This document shows positions 26,092 through 35,976 of a stretch of DNA of 38,761 bases, one piece after another. Location of the stretch: positions 1 through 38,761 of the IMG/VR virus record IMGVR_UViG_3300020440_001284. One strand, 5' to 3'. Positions within the stretch are counted from its first letter, which is position 1. The number at the start of each line of letters is the position of its first letter. Origin of the DNA: a virus (taxonomy: Duplodnaviria > Caudoviricetes). The notes below the pieces were generated by a model that was not told the origin of the DNA, searched no databases, and saw nothing but the letters and a program-made list of their open reading frames with translations. The position numbers and the translations under genes were made by a program.

Positions 26092-26873
26092 GGATCCCAC
26101 CTTTCTATATCATCTTCTCTCAATCTATCTGTTTCACCTTTCCACACTTCAACAATGTGTGCAGGTGTATCACTTTCGTTACATCCTTGGTGCCATACAC
26201 CTTTAGGAATATCTACAGGATTGGCAGGATCTAATTGATATATACCACAACCGTCGAAAGGATCGCCGGAGCCAAATTTCATTTTAACATGTGCCTTGCC
26301 ACTTACAATATTCCAAGTTTCGCTACGATGTTCATGACGTTGCATACTAAGTTTACTATGAGGAGCAATTACAAGTTCTTTCACTTGAAAACCTTCGCCT
26401 TGATAAAGTTCTCTATAATGACCCCATTCTCTTTCGATTTTAGGTGCTTTCCAATCTTTTAGTATCCAACTGCTTGAATTCTTTTTATCTTCACCACCTA
26501 CACCAAAAACAAATGTCACGTAATGAGTATCACCATATATTTGCATTTCAGGTATATTCTCATCTGTCCTATCACCGCCATTAGCAAATATAATCTGTGA
26601 TCCACTCTGTGTTGCTAGTGTTTTGTATATTGCTCCACATGCTGTATCATCTGAATCATCAAAACTAATTACTTCGTCAACAACACTTAAACCTTTTATA
26701 ATTTCAATGCGTTCGTGAAAAGGCATAAATGGTTTACCTTTTTTACGTGTAAGCCATTCATCGCTGTTAAGTCCAACAACTAGTTTATCACCTAATGCTT
26801 TTGCGGCTTTGAAATAAGCCAAGTGTCCTGAATGTAAGGGATCGAATCCACCTGTTACCAATACTAGTTCCAT
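26088..26873 (-). CDS. cytidylyltransferase (HIGH) fused to mannose-6-P isomerase-type cupin
   Basis: TGGFDPLHSGH, GLNSD.WL.RKKG, ANGGDR, K.NSSS; C-terminal LSMQRH.HRSE.W...G.WH. Confidence 0.88.
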   Translation of the reverse strand: MELVLVTGGFDPLHSGHLAYFKAAKALGDKLVVGLNSDEWLTRKKGKPFMPFHERIEIIKGLSVVDEVISFDDSDDTACGAIYKTLATQSGSQIIFANGGDRTDENIPEMQIYGDTHYVTFVFGVGGEDKKNSSSWILKDWKAPKIEREWGHYRELYQGEGFQVKELVIAPHSKLSMQRHEHRSETWNIVSGKAHVKMKFGSGDPFDGCGIYQLDPANPVDIPKGVWHQGCNESDTPAHIVEVWKGETDRLREDDIERWDP

Positions 26874-26893
26874 ACTGATATTTATGTACGCAG

Positions 26894-27553
26894 TTATTTA
26901 CTAGTTGTTGATTTGATACCTTGTACTTTTGTAAAGTAAGGTTTGTATGCACGTAGCCATGGACATAATTGTTTACACATAATTGCATCATTAGGCCACC
27001 AGCCAACTACGTCTTGAAGTTCACAAACTTCTTTGGCCGCTTCAGGCTTAATAATGTATGCACTGTGTCCTGGTAATCCTTGCGGTATAGTTTCGTCTGC
27101 TACCCAAGGGACTTCTTGTTCACCTGAGTCATCTAATTTATTATATAACTTCCAATTAAAGGTTGCATGGTCAGGGTCGTTAATGCTAATAGCACCACCT
27201 TCAAAATCAAAAGGCTTAAACTGTTTTGTAAAGATTGCATCGTGTTCTAAAATCATAATAGGTTGATTGAGTTCAATTGCTTTTTGCCAAAGTCTATAAT
27301 GACTTCCTGCCGCCGCAATACGCTTTGTCATATCGTATGTTTTATATGCTTTCAGTGTCATACCGGTATTAGGACATTGTTTCTTTTTTGTAAACGGCCA
27401 CTTCCAGTTTACTTTCCACATTTTATCCGGAGTAATTGCATCAAATTTTTGTACATCTATCCAGCTCTTTGTATCTATAATACTTTGCATACAACGATCT
27501 GCGTGTAGTTGACTATCCTCATGGCCTGGGATTGCAATTATAAATGCCTGCAT
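26894..27553 (-). CDS. GT25-like glycosyltransferase
   Basis: SHYRLW, MILEHDA, AYIIKPEAA; start refined to 27553 (TAATG overlap). Confidence 0.75.
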   Translation of the reverse strand: MQAFIIAIPGHEDSQLHADRCMQSIIDTKSWIDVQKFDAITPDKMWKVNWKWPFTKKKQCPNTGMTLKAYKTYDMTKRIAAAGSHYRLWQKAIELNQPIMILEHDAIFTKQFKPFDFEGGAISINDPDHATFNWKLYNKLDDSGEQEVPWVADETIPQGLPGHSAYIIKPEAAKEVCELQDVVGWWPNDAIMCKQLCPWLRAYKPYFTKVQGIKSTTSK

Positions 27554-28140
27554 TACTTTACAACTTTCAATATATAACTGTCTTGTTTTTTCTTGCTTAT
27601 CCAATCGTGATGTGTCACAGTATATCTATTAATAGACTCTAATAACTTATTCCATTTTTCAGATGTAAAATCATTCGCGTGACTTTTAATCCATGGATGA
27701 CTCATTTTTACTTTATCAAGATTCCAAACATCTTCTATATAATAAGTGTCTGTAAATTCTATCAAATTTTCAAAAGTTAAACGTTGAGCTTCTGGAGTAT
27801 GTAACCCGTCATCAATTATAAAATCAAACTTTTGTCCTAGTGCTTTAAAGTGTGCATTGCATTCAGCTGAAGTACTATCTAGTTTTGCATATTTTACTCT
27901 TCCATTGTTCAGCATTGGAAGAGCTTCAGGAGAAACCCTTTCAAACGTATCAATTGTATAGATATTTGCATTTGTAAAATATTCTAACCATACATTGATG
28001 CTTTCACCTCTAAAGGTTCCAACTTCTAAAATATTAATTTGCTTTTGTCGTAGTTGTTCAAAATCTGCTTCATATAATTCGCTATAGCTGTGCCATATTT
28101 TTTCACAGCCGTATTTTTTGAATAGTTCTTCCATTATCAT
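27553..28140 (-). CDS. class I SAM methyltransferase (sugar O-methyltransferase-like)
   Basis: H.Y...Y, ILEVG...G.S, FDFIIDDG.H, YIEDV. Confidence 0.8.
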   Translation of the reverse strand: MIMEELFKKYGCEKIWHSYSELYEADFEQLRQKQINILEVGTFRGESINVWLEYFTNANIYTIDTFERVSPEALPMLNNGRVKYAKLDSTSAECNAHFKALGQKFDFIIDDGLHTPEAQRLTFENLIEFTDTYYIEDVWNLDKVKMSHPWIKSHANDFTSEKWNKLLESINRYTVTHHDWISKKKQDSYILKVVK

Positions 28141-28709
28141 AGTTGCACCTCAAATTGATCATCGTGAAAATTGTTTAGTGTGTAACCTGTATTATCAATA
28201 AATTTATTTACAGCATCTCTTACGCCCGGCTTTTTAGGTCCATAGTCATCGCCAAACAGTAGTCCACCTGGTTTTATCATACTTACTGCTCTAGTCAAAT
28301 CGTGTAAGCAACCTTCATATGAATGGCTAGCATCCACATAGATCCAATCTAGTTTATCAGGAAATGTGTCAAACCATCGTGCGGTTGACATTCTGTGAAT
28401 AGTTACCGGACTGTTTGCAAAACGTTTTACAACACCTTCATAAATTTTATTGTAATATTTTTCAAAACCTTCTGTAGTTGCTTCACCTGTAAGTTTTGAA
28501 TAACGTTCTAAGTATGCATCATAACCACCAAATTCGTTTGAGCCGTTGAAAACTTCCGGCGCCCAAGCATCAACTAGATGTATATGGTCGGCACGTTTTA
28601 AGAACTTTGCAGAACTATCTCCCATCCATACTCCTAATTCTGCACCAGTACTACCTTCTGGTATGCGTTTCCATGTTGCGTCAGTACCTGGATTTTTACC
28701 AAACATCAT
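28137..28709 (-). CDS. class I SAM methyltransferase (Methyltransf_24-like)
   Basis: AELGVW.G, LDWIYVDASHSYE, KPGG...GDDY. Confidence 0.85.
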   Translation of the reverse strand: MMFGKNPGTDATWKRIPEGSTGAELGVWMGDSSAKFLKRADHIHLVDAWAPEVFNGSNEFGGYDAYLERYSKLTGEATTEGFEKYYNKIYEGVVKRFANSPVTIHRMSTARWFDTFPDKLDWIYVDASHSYEGCLHDLTRAVSMIKPGGLLFGDDYGPKKPGVRDAVNKFIDNTGYTLNNFHDDQFEVQL

Positions 28710-28713
28710 AGTA

Positions 28714-28794
28714 TTAGTTCCTTTTTAATTTTTTCACAAGATACCCAATCAAAGCCATTATGGCTGTAATAAGGGCACCTATACCTACGTTCAT
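28714..28794 (-). CDS. 26-aa single-pass membrane micropeptide (not in ORF track)
   Basis: MNVGIGALITAIMALIGYLVKKLKRN*; ATGA overlap with the upstream gene; fills the gap. Confidence 0.5.
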   Translation of the reverse strand: MNVGIGALITAIMALIGYLVKKLKRN

Positions 28795-29081
28795 TTTCTT
28801 AATTTCTTGATAAGCAAAGGCACATATACGCAAACTGCAACTACACTCCAAAAGGTAGCTAAGACTGTTGCGTAAAACTTCCAGTTACCTATGTCTACTG
28901 CTACACCTAATGAAACACCGCCTATCCATACATAGTCAAGGAACGCATGAAAACGTTTCCAATTACTACCGTACTTGGCCATTAGTGCTTCACGTTTTTG
29001 TGCGAACCAAGGATGAACATGTCGCATGATAACAAAACCTTCGTTTAGTACCATTACTGTAAAACCTATCCAAAAAATCAT
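28791..29081 (-). CDS. small multi-pass membrane protein
   Basis: 96 aa, about three hydrophobic segments; NEGF..MRH and H..LD..W motifs. Confidence 0.7.
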   Translation of the reverse strand: MIFWIGFTVMVLNEGFVIMRHVHPWFAQKREALMAKYGSNWKRFHAFLDYVWIGGVSLGVAVDIGNWKFYATVLATFWSVVAVCVYVPLLIKKLRK

Positions 29082-29092
29082 AACACTAATAC

Positions 29093-29779
29093 TTATTTTA
29101 TTTTCTGTACGAATCCGTGCATACTGGTATGTATATCATTAGTCCATTCACTCATTACTTGATACCAACCCCATTCGTTGGGGTATAATTTACATTCTTT
29201 TACAAGTTGTCTTAGTAATGCACGATTAAAATGCTTGCGATGATGTATAAGAAAATCACATGGTAAAAATCCATACCAATCATCATGTGGATTATTTTTA
29301 TCTACTTCTTCTATCAGTCCAGAACCAAATTTAGGTCCTCTGTTAGGTCTTGTCATGAAACCTACAGGTCCTTTTTCGTATGCTTTACGAATCCAGTTGT
29401 GTAGATCTACTTGTCTATCTATTTGTGTATTCCAGTCTACTCTAATTATTAAATCGTGATGTAAAGGAATCTTAGATACTATATCTGCGTGTGCTATCAT
29501 AGGTGCTACACCAAAATACAAATCGTCAAACAGTTCTTTTGACTTTACATATTGAGCATACTTGGCGTGTTTACTAGGAGGTTGTACCTCCATAGGATGG
29601 TAATGCCATTTAGGATAATGCATTGTATATAATCTATTATGATATTCTTCTGGTACTAAATTTGTTTTATTTGACCATGTGTGATAGTAAAAATTAACAC
29701 CAGGAAGTTTAAGTTTTAGTTGATCAACAATGATACTATTCTTATCATTTACACCACTAATACATACTGCAATATTCAT
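29093..29779 (-). CDS. putative glycosyltransferase-like protein
   Basis: IAVCISG N-terminus, HTW, DLIIR motif; island context; start refined to 29779. Confidence 0.5.
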   Translation of the reverse strand: MNIAVCISGVNDKNSIIVDQLKLKLPGVNFYYHTWSNKTNLVPEEYHNRLYTMHYPKWHYHPMEVQPPSKHAKYAQYVKSKELFDDLYFGVAPMIAHADIVSKIPLHHDLIIRVDWNTQIDRQVDLHNWIRKAYEKGPVGFMTRPNRGPKFGSGLIEEVDKNNPHDDWYGFLPCDFLIHHRKHFNRALLRQLVKECKLYPNEWGWYQVMSEWTNDIHTSMHGFVQKIK

Positions 29780-30486
29780 TAAAAATACCAATCTTTTATT
29801 TTTGTTGCAAACGTACTATGACTTAATAAGCCTGGATGTGGTTTTGGTTTATCTGCCGCATCATCAATGTGAAAATCTTCTTTCCAGTTAAATGTTTTGC
29901 ATTTTATAGTATCTATCATAAATTTGTTAAAATAACTTTTATGTTCACCAAATTCATGACCTGCAAATAAATGAAAATTTTTGATTCCTTTGTTTGATAA
30001 AAATGCGTGTATATAATTCATTCTAATCATTTGATCAAATATAGCATCAAACTCTTGATAAAAATCTTCGTAATAAGTTTTTATCTTGCGTTTAAAATCA
30101 TCAACATCTCCATTACTGTGCCATTCCCACCATGCTTTTGGTTTATGAAGGTGACTTTTTTTAATCATATGAGCCAACATATGCATTCTATCATTTTCAT
30201 TTTCATATATTGTTACTCTACTAAAATTGCTCCATAATATAACAACTACACTTTGTTTTGTATAATCAGGATATTCGATAATTTCTTTTGCAATCATTTT
30301 ATTACTTGACCCAGGTAAAGATCGATTGTTTGCACTTTTAAAATTAACTTTTTCTTTAAGTTTTTCGGGCCAAGCTAATTTACTAGGTATAGGGCCGTGA
30401 CTTTGTCCATCCCAACAATCTGGTAACCCTGTACCGTAAGTATGACTACATCCAAATGTAATTAGTTCGTAATTTTTCCAGCCCAT
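29779..30486 (-). CDS. SGNH-like hydrolase-fold protein
   Basis: FGCSHTYG, N.SLPGSSN, WS..SR, D......HPG..SH. Confidence 0.65.
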   Translation of the reverse strand: MGWKNYELITFGCSHTYGTGLPDCWDGQSHGPIPSKLAWPEKLKEKVNFKSANNRSLPGSSNKMIAKEIIEYPDYTKQSVVVILWSNFSRVTIYENENDRMHMLAHMIKKSHLHKPKAWWEWHSNGDVDDFKRKIKTYYEDFYQEFDAIFDQMIRMNYIHAFLSNKGIKNFHLFAGHEFGEHKSYFNKFMIDTIKCKTFNWKEDFHIDDAADKPKPHPGLLSHSTFATKIKDWYF

Positions 30487-31148
30487 GTATTTTTCCTTGC
30501 TCCTGTATCAAAGTCAAAATCCCAGTAGTCAATATCTTTTTTATACCATTCAGCAACTTTTTCATAAGTGCTATTGTTATATAAAGTCCTATAGTCTTCT
30601 TTTATACTTGTTACATTTCTTGATCTTGGCATTTCTGTCATGTTGAAGTATTTAAGCACATCTTCTTTAAGGTGTTCAACACGTAGTATATCGCAACGTA
30701 CCCTACCTTTACTATCAACAACATGATCTAATTGCGGGTGCCATCCTCTGATAGCTCTATACCATGTATATTTTTTATCAACCCATTTGCCACGTTCATA
30801 TAAAAAATGTTCTAATGATCGTGTGTCAGCATATGACGGATCAATATTTCCTCTTTGTACTGCTTCTTTTGCAAACAAATATCTACTAACAACTTTGCTC
30901 CATGGATTCCGTACAACTGCAAATGCTTGATATTGATCTGTAATTACACAGTTTATATCTCTCCAACGTGCATGTTCTACTCCTTTGACATCACGTTCTT
31001 TATAACTTTTCATTGTTTCGTTAAAGTCTTTAAAGTTTGCAATCCATTTTCGGTGTACAGGAATAATCTTATCTTGAAATGCTTCACTGCCACGAATAGT
31101 CATGCCTGCATTTTTTGGAATATGTATAAAAAGTTTTTTAGTATTCAT
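30462..31148 (-). CDS. sulfotransferase (Sulfotransfer_2-like)
   Basis: 5'-PSB FIHIPKNAG.TI and 3'-PB VRNPW...VS.Y motifs. Confidence 0.85.
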   Translation of the reverse strand: MNTKKLFIHIPKNAGMTIRGSEAFQDKIIPVHRKWIANFKDFNETMKSYKERDVKGVEHARWRDINCVITDQYQAFAVVRNPWSKVVSRYLFAKEAVQRGNIDPSYADTRSLEHFLYERGKWVDKKYTWYRAIRGWHPQLDHVVDSKGRVRCDILRVEHLKEDVLKYFNMTEMPRSRNVTSIKEDYRTLYNNSTYEKVAEWYKKDIDYWDFDFDTGARKNTWAGKITN

Positions 31149-31899
31149 TAATTTTTATCCCGTTGTCTCTCATAAGACGCTGATGATGAGACCATCTATC
31201 TTCAGGAATCTTGCAATAAGCATAAATTTTATTTGCAGGGAAATACATATGAGCAAGATGAAGATAACCACTATCAACTCCAACATGAGCATATGCTTTA
31301 CTCATAGCATATCCTGCACCACTCAAAGTTCTTAGTAAACGTGTTGTTGCCTGGCCACCTACTATTAATAATTCATATCCTTTATTATTCCAAACTTCTT
31401 TTACTTGTTGCAGTTGTTGAGGAGTTAATTTACGTTTGTTACTAGTTGTATCAAACTGTGCAGTAACAAATTTATTAGGTAATTTTATATCAACAGGTTT
31501 TGCTGACAAGCATGGAAATGTTTTTAGATATTCGTCAACAAAAAAACTTGGTTGTAATACTTCTTGGCATTTGCCTGGATATTTTTTATAATAATGTAAT
31601 AGTGCATCTGGATAAGTTTTAAGAACATGATCAAAAAACAATTTATCATTTTCTTTATGAAAATCATGGACTTGTATATGCACACTATTTTCTGGAAATA
31701 AGTTAATTATTTCTTTCCAAATTTGAGGTTTATCTCTATTATACTGATGCGGACCAATATGCATCGTTGCCGGTTGATTGTAAAATTTTCCGTAATTGTA
31801 TGTAATTAATGCAGTATGTACTAAGTCACCTATTCCAGGAATACCATAAGGCATTCCCTTTCGGTTACTACTCATATATCTCATAACTATATGTTTCAA
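31138..31899 (-). CDS. GT9-like (heptosyltransferase-fold) glycosyltransferase
   Basis: GIGDLV and VGVDSGYLHLA motifs. Confidence 0.7.
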   Translation of the reverse strand: MKHIVMRYMSSNRKGMPYGIPGIGDLVHTALITYNYGKFYNQPATMHIGPHQYNRDKPQIWKEIINLFPENSVHIQVHDFHKENDKLFFDHVLKTYPDALLHYYKKYPGKCQEVLQPSFFVDEYLKTFPCLSAKPVDIKLPNKFVTAQFDTTSNKRKLTPQQLQQVKEVWNNKGYELLIVGGQATTRLLRTLSGAGYAMSKAYAHVGVDSGYLHLAHMYFPANKIYAYCKIPEDRWSHHQRLMRDNGIKINEY

Positions 31900-32681
31900 T
31901 TTATCACCTTCATTAAATCTTGTACGTTTTCGCCTTTTTGTGGTAACAGATCCTTCAAGAAAAAATGTATAAAATGTGCATTAGGTATTTGCTTATCATC
32001 TATACCTTTGAATAATCCGTTCCAACGCCAATCCATATTAAGTGTAGGAATCTTTTCTTTCTTAACCCAATAGTTTAGTAGCATTTGGTCTGTTGACCAT
32101 TTACGATAACCTATACCATCAACAAAGTCTTTGAACTCTGGTCTGCGTATAAATTGTTCTGCTGTTTGTCCATTAAGATATGGTAAAAACTTTTTACTAT
32201 TAATTACCATCATTCCCATGTTATAAAATTCTGCACCTAGTTCATCCCATTTCCAGTCCACATCTTTTAAATTTTCAAATGCGGCTTTTGAATATTTTCT
32301 AATTTTGCTTTTGTATTTTTTAGCACACGGAAGCTCTCTTTCTGCTACTGCACCAAATGCATATTCATCTGTAAGATCCCAAAATATATTAGGCGCTTGT
32401 TGTCTTATGTAAATGTCGCTATCTATAATTGCAACTTGTTCATATTCGTTTAGATACGTGAATGCATTTTCTTTTTCGTATATAGGCATGTAACCAAGAC
32501 GTTCAACTGCTTCTTTACTACGTCCTGTACGAGTCATATCTGGTCTAATTTTTAAAATTGGCTCACGTTGAACTATATGTGTCATACTGTATTTGTTACA
32601 ATAGTCTGCAACACTTTGTATGCAATGCTCATATAGTTTGCTTTGTTTACCAACTGCTACCTGATAAATCATTCTTTTCAT
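31896..32681 (-). CDS. GT8-like glycosyltransferase
   Basis: IIDSDI (DxD), YNMGMMV, DQ.LLN, WN, HFIHF. Confidence 0.8.
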   Translation of the reverse strand: MKRMIYQVAVGKQSKLYEHCIQSVADYCNKYSMTHIVQREPILKIRPDMTRTGRSKEAVERLGYMPIYEKENAFTYLNEYEQVAIIDSDIYIRQQAPNIFWDLTDEYAFGAVAERELPCAKKYKSKIRKYSKAAFENLKDVDWKWDELGAEFYNMGMMVINSKKFLPYLNGQTAEQFIRRPEFKDFVDGIGYRKWSTDQMLLNYWVKKEKIPTLNMDWRWNGLFKGIDDKQIPNAHFIHFFLKDLLPQKGENVQDLMKVIN

Positions 32682-33241
32682 TTTAAGTCCTTTGTAAAAC
32701 TTACGTCAGTTTTAAATGTAACTTTATTGTAGTTATCGAATTGCATATTTACTATTCCATCACATAACATCCAATCAGCAGGCATAGCACCATTCGCATG
32801 TACCCAATCTAATATTTTTTTTGCACCTGTAGGTGTAATACGATATGCTCTTGCACCTTCATACCAATTACCTGGAGGAATAGGTTTTGCTTTTTTGAAT
32901 CCTTCAAATTTGTACACATCACAGTCTACATATTCTCCCATAGGTTTTAAAAAAATTACATCATGTTCAAATATGCAAATAGGTGTATTTGTTTCGTAAC
33001 ACTTTTGCCATAGCAAATATTGACTAAGAAAACAACCTTGTGTTCCTGGTCGGTCTAACAACCTTTTTACTTTTTTATGATTGTATGTTTTTATTCTATA
33101 ATCTATAAGTCCTGTGTCTTTGCCGTTAACACCTTCGTATAATTCTAAGTTCCAGTTTCTCATAGTGCCAGTTTCTAAAGCACGATTAGCCATACTAACA
33201 CTGTCTGGATAACTAGGAAGGTAAATTATGTAGCCTTTCAT
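32678..33241 (-). CDS. GT25-like glycosyltransferase
   Basis: YIIYL, GVNG, GCFLSQ..LW, IFEHDV, AY.ITP.GAKK, PAD. Confidence 0.8.
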   Translation of the reverse strand: MKGYIIYLPSYPDSVSMANRALETGTMRNWNLELYEGVNGKDTGLIDYRIKTYNHKKVKRLLDRPGTQGCFLSQYLLWQKCYETNTPICIFEHDVIFLKPMGEYVDCDVYKFEGFKKAKPIPPGNWYEGARAYRITPTGAKKILDWVHANGAMPADWMLCDGIVNMQFDNYNKVTFKTDVSFTKDLK

Positions 33242-34089
33242 TCTTGTGCTTTCCTTATTTCTTCTAATGTTGTATTATATCTATGAGGTGGAAGCCATCG
33301 TAATTGTGCTTGTTTAAATCTTATACCTTCTTTTTTATTTCCTTTGCCTGTACTAAAAATATTGTTCTTTTTAATACCCCAACTATTCCAATTGTAAGGT
33401 ATGTGATCATAAGTGTTTCCTTTATCTGCCCATTCTTTCATAACTTGCCTCAACACAACTTGATCAACAAACCAATAACAACCTTTTTCAAATGCAGTTG
33501 TTAATCTTCTTGCAAACAAATCTCTCCAAGCAATACCTTTGTTACCTGTTCCTGGGCTTAAAGCACTAGCAATAAAAATATGTTGTTCTTTTGGTTTAGG
33601 CATTACACCTATGTTTGTAGTCACTTCTTCAAAAGTAATTGGATGAAATCCATTACGTAAAATACTATCACAATCAATTTGTAGAACTTTTTGTATAGGA
33701 TTAGTAAAAATTTCTGCCATACGTATAAATCTTACACTTGCAAGATAAGTTCTTCTAGCAATATAATTTATATCACTAGTTTTAAAAATTTGCATGCCTT
33801 CACCCATCATACTTTTATTTTTTGGTAAATCAATATAAAACTGTTCGTTTACATTTTCCCAAGTATATGTAAATTTGTATTGATCCTTAAGCTGTGTCAA
33901 GACAGTATGATTTATATTTCCTTCGTTAATAATATGGCAATGTACATGAATCCAGCCCACAGTTCTATTAATACTTTGTTGTAATGCAAAACCGTGTTTA
34001 TCAAAATAATCATAATCAGCACTAAAATATATTACGTGTGGCTCGTCTCTTGGACACATATGTCCTTGTATTTCTGGAAGTTTAAACAT
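33238..34089 (-). CDS. GT-A-like protein
   Basis: Y.ASVRF, IDCDSI (DxD), WFVDQ..L, TGKG..K. Confidence 0.55.
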   Translation of the reverse strand: MFKLPEIQGHMCPRDEPHVIYFSADYDYFDKHGFALQQSINRTVGWIHVHCHIINEGNINHTVLTQLKDQYKFTYTWENVNEQFYIDLPKNKSMMGEGMQIFKTSDINYIARRTYLASVRFIRMAEIFTNPIQKVLQIDCDSILRNGFHPITFEEVTTNIGVMPKPKEQHIFIASALSPGTGNKGIAWRDLFARRLTTAFEKGCYWFVDQVVLRQVMKEWADKGNTYDHIPYNWNSWGIKKNNIFSTGKGNKKEGIRFKQAQLRWLPPHRYNTTLEEIRKAQE

Positions 34090-34759
34090 CAGTTGCTATC
34101 CCTGGTCTATATCCGATAATGGCATTCTTCTCTCCTCTACCAATTTTTCTAATCATTCTATAACCAAGAGGAGCAAGTATTTGTCTAATACTATCAGCAT
34201 GTAAACCATAACGTGTTGGATGGTCTTTGCATTCGTAAAGTATAATAGGTTTACATCTCTCTATTGTTTTATATCCTCCTTGAGCTACAAAAGGCTCATA
34301 ACCTTCTGCATCTATCTTTATAAAGTCTACATTTTCTAAATTAAAAAAGTCCAAAGGTTTAACAGGTATGTTTCCTTCTTTTTGACTTGGATTTACATGC
34401 GTACTAAAACTTTTATTTGTTGTTTTAATTGATACTGTTTCTTCTCTAGCACCTAATCCTACAGGATATGTAATTATATTATCAACCAATCTCTTTTCTA
34501 AATTATACTTCATACATTCATAAATTTTAGGATTAATTTCAAATGCGTGTACATGCTCAAAACTTTTACTCATTTGATATGCAGTTATTCCAACGTGGGC
34601 ACCAACATCTACAGCAGTACGCCATTTAGCACAATAACTCATTGCAGTCATTAATTCAATATTCTGATAATTGTTTATATCACCATTACCTTGCTTCTTA
34701 GCACTTTTTAAACATATATCGTTTTGTATTGATCGCCATCCGTCTATTTCATTAAACAT
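34082..34759 (-). CDS. FkbM-family SAM methyltransferase
   Basis: VDVGAHVG, AFE.NP, IKIDAEGYE...GG..TI...KP. Confidence 0.88.
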   Translation of the reverse strand: MFNEIDGWRSIQNDICLKSAKKQGNGDINNYQNIELMTAMSYCAKWRTAVDVGAHVGITAYQMSKSFEHVHAFEINPKIYECMKYNLEKRLVDNIITYPVGLGAREETVSIKTTNKSFSTHVNPSQKEGNIPVKPLDFFNLENVDFIKIDAEGYEPFVAQGGYKTIERCKPIILYECKDHPTRYGLHADSIRQILAPLGYRMIRKIGRGEKNAIIGYRPGIATDV

Positions 34760-35534
34760 TATTTTCTACCTGATACTTAAATGTTATATCCCATGCAGTA
34801 CCGTTTTCATATTCATCTCTACTAAACTGACTGTGTGCAATATGTTCTAGCATAGGGTTTCTATCAAACCCAAATTTACCTTGCCAATGTTGAACTGCAC
34901 TTTGTCCTAACACTTCAATAGGTTTTCCTAAACACAATGCTTCAACTACTGCCATACTATGATATGTAATAACTTTTTTTGCATTATTCATCATAGGTAA
35001 AATCTCTTGAAAACGTTGTCTACGTTTTCCTTCTTTCTCTCTTATAATTAACTTCTCTGGAAGACTGTCATAATGTCTTACTGTATCTGTACGCCATGTA
35101 TGATAATCTTGTCCTAAGTATTTAAATATATTACTGTTGTTAGGCATTACTAAAAGGTTGTAATCTCCTTCGTCATTCCAATCCTTCCATAACTTATCAT
35201 CAATCTCTAAATGTCCAATTCTGCTTTTATCTATAGCAGGACGTACTTTTGTATTTTGTAATGAATTGTAACTAACTCTATAATACTCTGGAGTTTTGTG
35301 TCTATGATTGCCTATGTATCCGTTATCTATGTGAAAAAAATTAATGCGCCTGTCTTTTGATATTGCATCAAACACCCAATCATCAAAAGGATGACTGAAT
35401 GCTAAAAATCTATCTAATTTAATTTCTTCAGGACGTTCAATTGTTATAGTATCGTAGTTTCGATATAAATCTATAAAAAGTTGTCCGCGTAATTGTTTTG
35501 AATTAGCTGGTACTTGAAATTTATAAGCTGGCAT
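34752..35534 (-). CDS. GT-B-like protein, paralog of 24544..25407
   Basis: FFHIDNGYIGN, LLVMP, IIREK, TYHSMAVVEA...GKP, SQFS; start refined to 35534. Confidence 0.55.
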   Translation of the reverse strand: MPAYKFQVPANSKQLRGQLFIDLYRNYDTITIERPEEIKLDRFLAFSHPFDDWVFDAISKDRRINFFHIDNGYIGNHRHKTPEYYRVSYNSLQNTKVRPAIDKSRIGHLEIDDKLWKDWNDEGDYNLLVMPNNSNIFKYLGQDYHTWRTDTVRHYDSLPEKLIIREKEGKRRQRFQEILPMMNNAKKVITYHSMAVVEALCLGKPIEVLGQSAVQHWQGKFGFDRNPMLEHIAHSQFSRDEYENGTAWDITFKYQVENNV

Positions 35535-35976
35535 CTTCCATACCCGCAACTCTCAGTTTAACAACATTTGTTATTTGCCACTGTTTCTGATCAAGACCTT
35601 TTAATAAGCCTAGCCATTTGTTACGAAGTAATGCGAACTCATTAATAATCTTTTCATAGTCAACTACGTCTGCTTCGCCGTCAACATACTTTTCAACATC
35701 TCTGCTAGACAAAGCACGTTGATAATTTTCAAGATATTTTTTGAAAAAAGAGCTACGCAATCTGCGTAACTCTATATTGAGATAGTTTAGGATAGCTTCA
35801 ATTTCTTGTAGTTGATTAAATCTATGTTCAACGATGCCGGGCATTTCTGCCGCGGCACGTTCAACGTTGCCTTTAAGTTTTACTTCACCTCTGGCCTCAA
35901 TTAATTGATCTTCAAAGAATTTAATTGCTTCTGGTATTTTGTTAATGTCTCTAGCTACTTCAGAGTAATAACCCAT
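35521..35976 (-). CDS. uvsY: recombination mediator UvsY-like
   Basis: helical 151-aa protein (KY.DG..D....) two genes downstream of uvsX. Confidence 0.75.
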   Translation of the reverse strand: MGYYSEVARDINKIPEAIKFFEDQLIEARGEVKLKGNVERAAAEMPGIVEHRFNQLQEIEAILNYLNIELRRLRSSFFKKYLENYQRALSSRDVEKYVDGEADVVDYEKIINEFALLRNKWLGLLKGLDQKQWQITNVVKLRVAGMEDASL

